Source of the DNA: Eledone cirrhosa
Lineage: Eukaryota
Reading direction: 5' to 3'
Assembly: GCA_964016885.1 (NCBI GenBank)
Contig: OZ024741.1
Location: forward strand, 102,672,001 to 102,736,000
Length of the DNA stretch: 64,000 nt
This document shows, piece after piece, positions 53,315 to 64,000 of this stretch. The notes under the pieces were generated by a model. That model made no database searches and had not been told where the DNA came from. It saw nothing but the letters and a program-made list of their open reading frames with translations. Position 1 is the first letter of the stretch, and the number at the start of each line of letters is the position of its first letter. Both the position numbers and the translations under genes were made by a program.

Positions 53315-53844
53315 TTATATATATATAGAGAGAGAAACGACTTCTACGGGACTAGTACTGTTTCATTCGTATGAAATCTTCAGAAATATCGTTTGAAATT
53401 GTAAGTCATTGGTATTTATAAGTTTCATAGTGGTTGGTAGTGGTAGTGCTGGTGGTGGTGGTAGAGCGTGGTTTAAGGTCAAGTGTAGAACATTTGGATA
53501 GAGTGGGAATTGGGAGGTGGAAAGTATGGTTAAGGGGGTGGGAGAAAAATTATTTGAGTAGGTACAAAGAAGTCTTAAAGCGTATATGTAGAAAAATACT
53601 TATACACACGTGTATGTACGTATATGTATAAATACACACACACATGCATGTACATACAACCGCGCACACTTCCCACCTCCCCATCCCCACTCTATCCTTA
53701 TAACCTACACTCGACTCTAATCATGCCTCCCTAACCCCACCACTAATTATGAAACATCAATACAAACGACTTTCAAACTGCGTCACTGATGATTTTTTCG
53801 AATGAAACAGTACTAGTCCTATAGAAGCCTTTTCTGTATAAACT

Positions 53845-54445
53845 TGTCTTCACTCCATATCTAGTGATCTGAGGTCGTTCAGCAGACGACCCCACTTCCA
53901 GGACGACCCCAGGCCACGAGCATTCAAACATCCTACTCTTAGGATGGCTATGTTGACAGGCCAAAAGAGAAAGGAAACGTTTACTTACCTCCCGGGGGCT
54001 TGTGGAGGTCGGGTGGTTCGACCTCCATGATTGGTGGCGTTTCCGTTGGGAACCCCTTGAAAGGTCTTGATGTGGGTTTTACATTCGGTCCCACGTCCAG
54101 AAGAAAACTCTCTCTGATCCCTTTGTAGGAGTTGAGTGACATTGGTCGGTCCCAGTAGTAAATCTTCTGACACGCGAAATGTGCTTGTTCCAAATACATC
54201 CCCTTCCTTTTCGATTTCTTGCCTTTGTGCTATGAGGGCCATCAATTCCTTGTTGGCCCTTCTTATTAGCACGAAGTTTTGTGTGCTTTGTTGTTGTGGT
54301 GGTTGCGCTTGTTTGCATTTGTCTAATTGTGGCGGTGCTGGTGTTATTGGTGTTGTTGTGTATGTCTCTGTATTTGTTGTGAGTGAGGTGTCTGCGAATT
54401 CAGTTTCTTGTGTGTAGGGAATGTTTGCGTTTTATTATTTTTTTC
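53845..54445 (-). pseudogene. Tx1 fragment spanning ORF1 end and ORF2 start
   Basis: RVGCLNARGLGSSWKWGRLLNDLRS aligns with MANIRVGCVNVRGLG..LLNDLRS at 33635. Confidence 0.85.
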
Positions 54446-54447
54446 TT

Positions 54448-54745
54448 GTGGTGATTGGCAGTATCGGTAGAGAGTCGGACACCATGCTTTGCAGCATAGA
54501 GTTACGTCCCCTTATGGTCTGAGTTCAAACCCTACCGAGGTTAACTTTGTCTTTCATCCATACGAGGTCGATAAAATAAAGTACCAGTCACTCACTGGGG
54601 TCGGTTTAATCGACTTCCCCTCCCCCTAAATTGCTGGCCTTTTGCCTATATAAGAAACCATTATTATTATTATTGGTTATTATTGTTAATTGGTGACGCG
54701 CGTTTCGCTGTTGATCAGCTCAAAGTTCGATCTGTATTGATCCGG
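54448..54745 (+). mobile_element. SINE family A plus antisense hammerhead-half tail
   Basis: Colinear with 19023-19303 including the junction. Confidence 0.8.
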
Positions 54746-54749
54746 CTGT

Positions 54750-54885
54750 ATGGATTTTTTCCTTAACACTTATTTTCTTAATCTCTGTTATAAATTTTAT
54801 TTTACACAAAAACCTCACACTGTATCGTTCTGTACCGTCTTCAATGTTTCCTTAATGTGAGCCCCTATGTGGTTAATAAAGAAAT
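54750..54885 (+). mobile_element. Tx1-like 3' UTR end
   Basis: ccctatgtggttaataaagaaa matches ccctgtggctaataaagaaa at 37281-37300. Confidence 0.6.
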
Positions 54886-54909
54886 CATTATTATGATTAT
54901 TATTATTAT

Positions 54910-55162
54910 TTAACTTTGCCTTTCATTATTAGTTAGAGTTATGGCCCTTTCCATTCTGAGTTCAAATCCCGCCGAGGTTAACTTTGCCTTTCATCCTTAC
55001 AGGGTCGATAAAATAAAGTACCAGTAATTCACTGCTGAATTGCTGGCCTTGTGCCAAAAGTAGAAACAATTATTAGTTAACTTTGCCTTTCATAAAATAA
55101 AGTACCAGTAATGCGCTGGGATAATTGATGGCCTTGTGCCAAAAGTAGAAACAATTATTATT
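54910..55162 (+). mobile_element. Tandem SINE family A 3' fragments
   Basis: Repeated core and tail. Confidence 0.8.
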
Positions 55163-55514
55163 ATAGTGTTGGTGCTGGTGATATTGTTATTGGTTCAACG
55201 AGCAAATGCAGACTTCGTTTAAATACAGTTTGTATTGTTTATTGACATTTGCGTTTATGGGAATATATACTTTTTATATATAATTGCTTGTGTATAATTG
55301 TTTATCAAATGTATTTCTGGGAAAATAAACATATAACTCTATATTTATCAGATATATTTCAGTAGAAAACCTTTGACATAATCTAAACCAGACTGTATTA
55401 GAGAAACTTTATATAAAACTAGTAAAGAATCCATAACGACATCAAATAACAGACGTGTTTTAGTAGATATTTATATATAATCATATTTATCTAAGATTAT
55501 CTATAAATATCTAT

Positions 55515-55603
<89 letters not shown>

Positions 55604-55756
55604 GTGTGTGACGTTTGTTTCTCAACAAAGATGTTTGTATTTTCACTTCAGTATTTCCAACATTTAAACATAACCATTTTAATATATATATGTGTGTATG
55701 ACCATATATATGTATATATATATGTGTGTGTGTGTGTATGTGAGTGTGTGTGTTTA

Positions 55757-55816
<60 letters not shown>

Positions 55817-57207
55817 GAATGAAACAGAGAACAGTAAGCATAGATACCATACGTACAGTAAAAAGCATTGTTTATATAGATGTTTATATTTACAGCCCCA
55901 CATATGTGCATTGGTTGAAGAATGACATTTCTGTGCTTCGTTTCTATTCCTGATAATATTACAGATCACAAGAAAAGGGAAAAATATTTACAATAATAAA
56001 GCGAGAGTTGGCTGGTTATAGCACGTGTGAATTTTCTCGTATTCTTTTTATACCATCATAATTAAATGTAATAAACACTGTTATATTCCAAATATTAACT
56101 TGATAACGGGAAAGTTATTTATATTACATGAAATGACTCCACATTCCTGATTTTCAAAATGATTTAGAATATATAAGCAGTGTGTTTGACGAGAAATATA
56201 ACAAGGGAAGAGTAGAATAAGGCAAAAATAAGAAGACCCAGTATGTATAGAATTTGAACAAAATTTTAAAAATTACAGTCTCTTAAGAACAGTACGTAAC
56301 CCATTTTAATAGGCTGGCATTTTATTTTTCGACAACATAATGTATGATACAAAATTCAACGACAATTCAATATAAACTTAAACCAACATCTTGTCTTACA
56401 AAATTATATCAGTCTCTACAAGAGAATACAAATACATTGACTTGTGTAGGTAACAACGTCAGAAACACGACTAATTTTACAGCCACAAAATGCACCTGTA
56501 TTATAAAACGAATCACTACCTCCTTACGGACAACTGACGCCGCACTCCAGGTCCGAACACAGAAGCGCCGAACTCCGGCTGTCATCGCCTCCCCATTTCC
56601 TTCTATTATGAGCAAGTGGGGTCTCACGTGCTGGCCGCCCGACAGCCCCGGCGGAGAGAATGGAGAAGGCATTGAAACTTTTTTCTATAGCCTCTCGATT
56701 TTGACGAATAGTTAAGTAGTGCGCTTCACACTGTGTGGCATCTTGGGCAAGTGTCAGTCACAAAAGCCTCAGGTCGATCCAAGCGTTGAGAGTGAAGTTC
56801 GATAGAGGAAAATTGTTTGGAACCCTACCGGATTGGTTTTACCTGGTATTAAAATTGCTAGCTTTATCACACAGTGTCATGCTAAATCTCTTTAAGAATT
56901 AAGTTGAGGATATATATTTTTGGAATGATCAACCCGGTGTCTGTCAATTTAATGAGTAGTGGTGTTCCTTTGTTCGAACAACTGGAACAGTCATTGCCAA
57001 AATCGACTGAGGTCCATGTAACAAACCTGATATACCTACTTTATGCTCCTGCAGTGGCTCACACTTCACATTTAATAACAAATATGATTTCTAATCTTTT
57101 CTTTCCAGAACTATGTATTACGTATAAATCTTTCCTTAACATGTCGGTAAGTTACCATTCTCCTGCAGAATTTGAAATAGAATACCAAACCCAAGACTTT
57201 ATATATA

Positions 57208-57251
<44 letters not shown>

Positions 57252-57253
<2 letters not shown>

Positions 57254-57450
57254 AACAAGTATGACCCCGACGGCAGAGCTCAAGCCGTTTCGACGGCTAA
57301 TTCTGAACTCTGAGTCCAGAATTAGCCGTCGAAACGGCTTGAGCTCTGCCGTTGGGGTCATACTTGTTCCTATTACCCACTCTACTACCCTAAGTATTGA
57401 GTACTTTGTGCGTTATGGTCCATCTGGTTCCTTACCACATTTCCTTCGTT
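57252..57450 (+). mobile_element. TA-inserted hairpin element (copy 2)
   Basis: ~55-bp near-perfect arms 57252-57370; same ends as 20002-20191. Confidence 0.75.
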
Positions 57451-58281
57451 ATATATATATATATATACATATATATAATGACGCGCGCGCGCCTGTGTGC
57501 GCACGTGTATGTGTGTGTGCATGCATGAATGTGTGTATTAGTTTTTCTCTTGACAATGTATATCGGTGAAAGGATAAAACAAATCCTTTATTTTAACTGC
57601 TCTGCACTGGGTTGCAAATATTCACTGGTACTCTCGTTGTCAGAAATGCAATGAACCGCTTATTGGCCTATTGGAAACATGTAACGAATGTTGCTGTCCT
57701 TCATCATTTGCGAAGTACAATAAACCAATATAAAAATAAATCTATTATATATTCTTCTGATAAGAAGCTGAGATCTGACCGTAACCTTGCTCACATTTAA
57801 CATAATCAAAGATGGTCTGTGTGGTACCTAAATCTGAATAATGCTCATATAGAATGACATATTATCAATGTTATATTAATAAGGGTTCTATATAACTACT
57901 AAGATAAAATACTTTTGTTAGTATAACACAGAGGCGTCAATAGGGTTTGCCAGGGTATAGATGTGAAGATCTGATTAAGAAGACGCCGAAGAATATATAT
58001 TATATATCACTGTAGCATAAGAAATGTTAAATATTGATTGATGAGATCAATATGTTCAAAACTATTGGCTCATATTTCTTTTTCTGTGTCATCGAGCAAA
58101 GCCAAATATTTGTGTTGTATTCGGTGATCAATAAGCGAACTTATGGTTTAATCACAGTTTTCATTGGTCAATGGCTGGGTCTGAAACTTTGTTCGCTACG
58201 AAAATTATCTGTTCAATATTCGTAGAGGTTTCACATATAGTCTTTCAGATACTAAATAACATTTCTTATATATTTTACTTC

Positions 58282-58313
<32 letters not shown>

Positions 58314-58615
58314 TGTATGTATGTATGTATGTATGTATGTATGTATGTATGTATGTATGTATGTATGTGTGTATGTATGTAAGTATGTTCTTCTGGTTTT
58401 ATAATTTCACAAAGTTTTACCAATAGAGAGAGAGTCGGTTTCTAACATAGACACAAGACTCTCTCATTGGAATTTACACAACATCAACTAGGTAGATATG
58501 TATGTATGCATGCATGTGTAGATATGGATGTTATTGTATGTGTGGATGTGTATGTTTTGAGTTGTATGTGTGCATGTGTATATGCTTTGTATCTGTACAT
58601 GTGTATATGCAGTTA

Positions 58616-61322
58616 TTAGATGCAACATTTTTGGAATGTTTTACATATTTTTACTGTTCCATTAATGGATTGTACTTGTAGTTTCCTAACTAGTTGTGTT
58701 CTTTCTGTTCCTGTGAAGCCTAGCTTCTCAAGATTTGTATTGAGGCAGTTACTAACATATCCCAGTGCCCCAATAATCACAAGCATAAATCTGAAGGTGT
58801 AATCAGGATGGAGTATCTGCAGATTTCTCATCAGTTCTGCATAAATATTCTCCTTTTCACTAATCTTTGTTATTATATTGGCATCTGCTGGGCAGCTAAT
58901 TTCCACTACTGTGCATGTTTTCTTCTCCCTGTCCCATATCATAATATCTGGTCTGTTATGCGTGCATTTTATTGGGGTTTTTACTGGAACATTCCACCAG
59001 TACTCTTTCATATTATGTACATGGATGTCTTCCACATTGTTGTAGCTTTTAATGTGTTTATTATCGGGGCTATCTTTTTTACGAACTGCATTGTACAGTG
59101 TTTTGGCCACTACAACATGCCTCATAGGTAGATAGTACCGCGATGACATCTTTGGGCAGCTGCTGATGACATGGGTGATATCCTCGATGTTAGTTCTGCA
59201 GAGTCTGCACTTGTTCACATCTAGCTGTTTTGCCTGCATCCCTGTCTCTTTTGTGAATCAGGTATTTCGTGTTAATCTCCTGTTCTTGTATTGCAAAAGC
59301 GTATCCTTCAAAGTGGGAGCCAATATCGCGGTTGTTGGTCCAAGATAGACTACTTTCCTTATCTATATTACTCTCACTCTGGAACTTCCTGGCAACATAT
59401 CCTTGCATGATTTTTTGATGATAGGCATGCTGTTTTTCATCCATGGATTCACTGCGATACTGCTGAGCAACATCCCTGGGTGTGAGTTTTTGATTATCAC
59501 ACAGGGAATATCTCTCAAGGAATTCCTTCCCAACTCTCATGATTTTATCTGTTTCATGCAGATAGACTTGCTCGAGAAGCGGGCTCCTACGCTTCGAGAT
59601 TCGTAGATGTTGTCGGAGAGATATGATGCGACATTCAAATGTTGTCTGGACTGATGTTAGGCCTCTGCCTCCCTGCTTACGTTTCAAGTAAAGGCGGTCT
59701 ATGTCACTGTTGATGTGGAAGTTTCCGGTGTTGTTCAGTATTTTTCGAGTTCCAACATCAACTGCTCGGATTTCGTCTATTGTCCAATTGAATATTCCAA
59801 ACGTTGGTGTTAGGACAGGCACAGCAAACACATTGTGAGCCACTGTTTTGTTTTGCGCAGAGAGTTCCGATGACCAGATCTTTCTTAATCGGGTGTAGTA
59901 TTCCCTGGTTACGCGTTCTTTATTACAGACTAGCATTAAAGCCCGGCGTTGCTCGGGGTCATTAAGTTACCAAAGTTAGGTTGCACCACCCATTTTATGG
60001 CAGCACTTTTTTGTCTGCCAGGCACTGGGTGAATGAATTGCAGACCTGGAAGCATGAGCTGCGCCAGCAGTGACAATTGTAGTTTCGCCTATGGATATTA
60101 TCTCTGTGCAAAAAAGTGTTGAAATTGATTGTTTAACAGTACTTGCGCAACACGCGCGTAGACGATGCCAGCCGAACAACAGAGCTGCGATGGAGTTGTT
60201 CTGCATGGTTGTCTGTGTGTTTTCTAAATTTAAGACAGTAGGGAGTGGTGTGAACGGACAGTATCACCATCAAGCTTGGAAAGATAAAGTAGCAGAAAGT
60301 ATGAAGTTGTATAGATTTTGAATGGTAGTAGAAAGAGTTCAGCAGTTTAAATGAGAGAGAAAAATCGTAAAATATCGAGTTTTATCTATTTTCTGCCTAA
60401 TTGTGGGTGAAATTGAAAAATTATCTGCGTCAAGACGCAATCGAAACTATTTCGAATTATTCGAACTATTTGAATTGTAAATTTCAATTGAAGAAATTCT
60501 ATATCGTAGATTTCTATAACGAGGGAGCATGACCACACACTGAGCTTTATAGATTATGATACCATTATAGGATATGTTCTCATCTATCCCCAGATATCTG
60601 TAGCAGTCCTCATCAGATATCGGTGAAACAGTTAGACCATTGATGACAATGTTGCTAGATTGGGTTGTTGTTTTTCCCCGCTTTACAGTCATGTATGAGC
60701 ATTTATCTTGACCAAACTCCATTCCTATATCCTTTGAGAACGTTGTAACCAGGTCAAGTTTTTCTTCATCCCATCCATGTTCTTGGCATAGAGTTTCAGA
60801 TCTTCCACAAAGAAGTTATGGGTTAGGTTCGTATTTCTGTCCTCCCGAGAGCCAATGATGTATCCCTCACATTTCTTGAGCAGAAAGGACAAGGGGTTTA
60901 ATGACAAGATGAACAATATCACAGAGAGACAGTCCGCCTGAAATATACCCCTGCAATATTTTATTTTATCAGTGATAATAGAGTCCTCCCTCTCTGTCTT
61001 TAACCTTAGGATAGTAGCCCAAGAAGAAGACAGCCTCTCTATGACTCTGACAATAATGTCTGGGACTTTAGCAAGTTGGAGGGCCTCTATCATCCAAGAG
61101 TGGGGAACAGAATCGAAAGCTTTCTTGTAGTCCAGCCAGACTGTAGTCATATTCCTCCTAAGTTGTTGCACATCTGACATCGCAGTTTTGTTGATAAGGA
61201 GTTTTTCAGCACATCCCTAAACCCTTTTCTTTCCAGCTGCTTGTTCATCTGTGATGATGTTATTATTTTCACAGTGATCTTGGAGGAATAGGTTCAGGCA
61301 GGCTGTATACATCTTATACATT
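58616..61322 (-). mobile_element. Second R4/Dong-like RLE LINE family, 5'-truncated, interrupted by a Helitron
   Basis: WLDYKKAFDSVPH, GIFQADCLS, FVEDLKLY, YRYLG, GGRGL, CRLC..HVISSC, RPDI, EISCP. Confidence 0.9.
59930..60559 (-). mobile_element. Complete 630-bp non-autonomous Helitron
   Basis: 5' TC, 3' hairpin CCCGAGCAACGCCGGG plus CTAG, inserted between A and T with no TSD; removal restores the LINE frame SYNG-I-CNKERV. Confidence 0.9.
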
Positions 61323-62437
61323 AGTGTCAAAGGCATCATGTGGAGATTCGGGAGTTAAAAAGATGTTCCGCTTGAAATAACACAATTACAGGCAGCACTG
61401 GTTGGAAGTGTAATAGGTATAAGTAAAAGCAAAAAGCACAAGCAAAAATAATCACAAGCAAAAAAAGACAGGGAAATAAGTTATAAGCAAAGTCAATTGG
61501 TGCACAATGCAGGAGTCAATACAGTCAATAATACATGTATGAGGAAAGAGTTATAATGCAGTTGAAATAAACATATTTTGTGTGGGGTGTTAAATCTTGT
61601 TATATTTGTTATAAACATTTATGATAGTGTGCAACTTGTTAGAGAGGCATGTGGTGATAATGTAGGTATTTTTTGTATGTAAGGTGTAATATAAAGCACT
61701 AGATAGAGTTCGGTATGTGATTTTCATTTAAGTGTTTTTGTGTTGTAGTTCGTATTTATGTGCATGTGTTGTTTGTTACTCACAGCTATTAACCATGGGA
61801 TTATTTTAAGTCGTTTATAGTCAATAGGTGTTTGTTTGTTAAATGTAAATTCCTCTGAATTACTGGCCATGTTGTTATTTTAGGTATATTACCTTATGCA
61901 TTTTTTATCAGTAAATTATCTTTTCTATGGTTTGTATTAACCGTTATTAAGCTGTTGGTAAACCGTTAGGTTGCTTAATTTTATAAGTTTACACAGGAAG
62001 TTGTAAAGGGGGTTAATAACAAGGGGAGGTAATTAATGTTGTTGATAAATTAAGGTATCTCGGCTCTGTAATACACTTGAAAATTTGCATTGAGACTTTT
62101 ATCATACCGGTAACCGGCTAGTACTTAGTACTACCCTACATATTTATAGTTATATCAAACATATATAAATAAATATATATATTTATACACACACATAAGT
62201 ATATTTATATTCTATATTCAGACATGTTGTTAACCTAAGGCAGGTAGTTTTCTGGCCAGAGGATCTGAATTCGGCATTGTTAGTCAATGAATAATTTTAC
62301 TACTCTATTGCATTGCACCTGCTTCAATCAATCAGTTAAACACACTCTTTCTCTCTTTCTCTTAAGTACATACGTAGAGCCAGATAAGTGAAACACTGAT
62401 CTTCCTGTTCAGTTGATTGCTCTGTTTCCTGTTATGT

Positions 62438-62470
<33 letters not shown>

Positions 62471-63056
62471 AGTCTATATTTGATGAAATAACTCTCAAAT
62501 CGTTTGGTATTCAGTGAAGAAAAATCCAAGAGAAAACCTTATAGTAGTAGCTCTAAAATTAGATTTTAATTTAATGATCTTGTTATGGCAGTCACTTCAT
62601 TCTCTAAATAGTAAAGTGACTGCCAATATAAAGTTAACTGGGCTTTGGACCAATCTACTGGTCACACTACATTGCCATTACTTAAACATTTAAGGTATTT
62701 CCCACGTCCGAAAGCTCACCTAGTTTCATTGATGTAAAGATACTGAAAGTACAAGCCACCGCACGTTAACTGGTCCGACGCTCTATCAATTCTGCCAATC
62801 CACTGTCTTAAACTTTTTTATCGATCCCAAAATGTTTTAAAGACAAAATTCACCTGTAATCAACTATGCTCTCATACAAATATATCGACTCATTCTTGTT
62901 TGATCTATTTTCAAATCTCGCTTGCTCATCGCACCAGTATCTGTTGAATCATCCCAGTTATGTAGTCGAGACATGTACCGAAATTATGTAGCAATAAAGC
63001 ATAATATTCATAACTTCTTCTAACGTATGGCTTTGTGCCAATATTACCATCGATAA

Positions 63057-63130
<74 letters not shown>

Positions 63131-63499
63131 AATATATTTTGGGTGTGTTTTTGAAAGTGTTCCTGTGAGTGTGTTTATGTCTAAAAATAAACTACTTAGA
63201 CTACTACTAATATTACCCCCGCCCCCACGAATATCAACTGCAGCGGCACGACGACCAGCATCGTCATCATTCTGAGCTACGACATACCAGGAGAGAAGAA
63301 AATTCGACGAATTCTTACGTTAGCAGCTGCTTCTGTCATAACTGCTGACTTGCACAAAAGCTTGCTACATTAGTTATACACCACATCGTTTGATATATTA
63401 TGAAAATGTGTGTATTATATCTAGACTCACGTCTCTTATGATATAGTTAACATGTTTGTATCACATGAACCCTCCAAAAATGATCACTTGGACATTATT

Positions 63500-64000
63500 A
63501 TGAATATAATAATAATGAAATGATTGTGTACAGTGCTCAGGTGCACCACAGCTCATCAAAGGTACATGTATAGTATATAGAATAATGTACAAATGTCGGG
63601 AAAGTGAACAGTGCATGAGTCATGATATACTTGTGTGCGTGTGTATGGAGCGGGGATATCAGGTGTAGTGCTAGCGAATTTCAGAAAGCATGGAGGTTTT
63701 AACGGATGCACTGTCCCGACAGCTAACAACTGATTCAGGTAGTTTGTTCCATGCTTCAGCAAATCTGAGCGTGAAAAAGATTTCCGAAAATCATGGGAGC
63801 CGTGCTGTTTTCTGACTTTGTTGGCATGCTCACGTGTGTTAGACACATGGAAATCAAAAAGGTGCCCAGGATTGTTGTTGGCAAGATGGTTAATAATTTT
63901 ATGAGTGTTTACCAAGTCAGTTGCCAGACGTTGGAGCTTTAATGTATCCATGCCCAGGGAAGCAAGACGTTCAGAGTATGGTAGATGCTTGATGGTGGGT
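63500..64000 (-). mobile_element. CR1-clade LINE 3' end
   Basis: YSERL..L..RL..DL...KI..TREH..KV..RK.F..WNKLP pattern; short ATT tail. Confidence 0.8.

Overview
AT-rich eukaryotic repeat landscape. The SINE families and (TA)n/(CA)n/(TATC)n density suggest an invertebrate, most likely a cephalopod such as Octopus (inference). No host gene is confidently recognisable, and most listed ORFs are microsatellite translations. The window is a mosaic of mobile elements. Penelope-like elements (PLEs): three Naiad-type and one Neptune-type RT/GIY-YIG copies plus many pLTR derivatives. RLE-type LINEs: a tandem Dong/R4 pair in (TAA)n, a second R4-like family and a HERO-like remnant. Also a near full-length Tx1/L1 element in (TATC)n, RTE and CR1 ends, a mariner remnant, non-autonomous Helitrons, a solo LTR and tRNA-derived SINEs. 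The most striking hidden layer is about 15 minimal type I hammerhead ribozyme (HHR) motifs. Several have stem II expanded to 35-120 nt. They sit in short, non-coding, (TA)n-inserted units that are either foldbacks or terminally redundant monomers (retrozyme-like). All calls were made by eye; family names need database confirmation.
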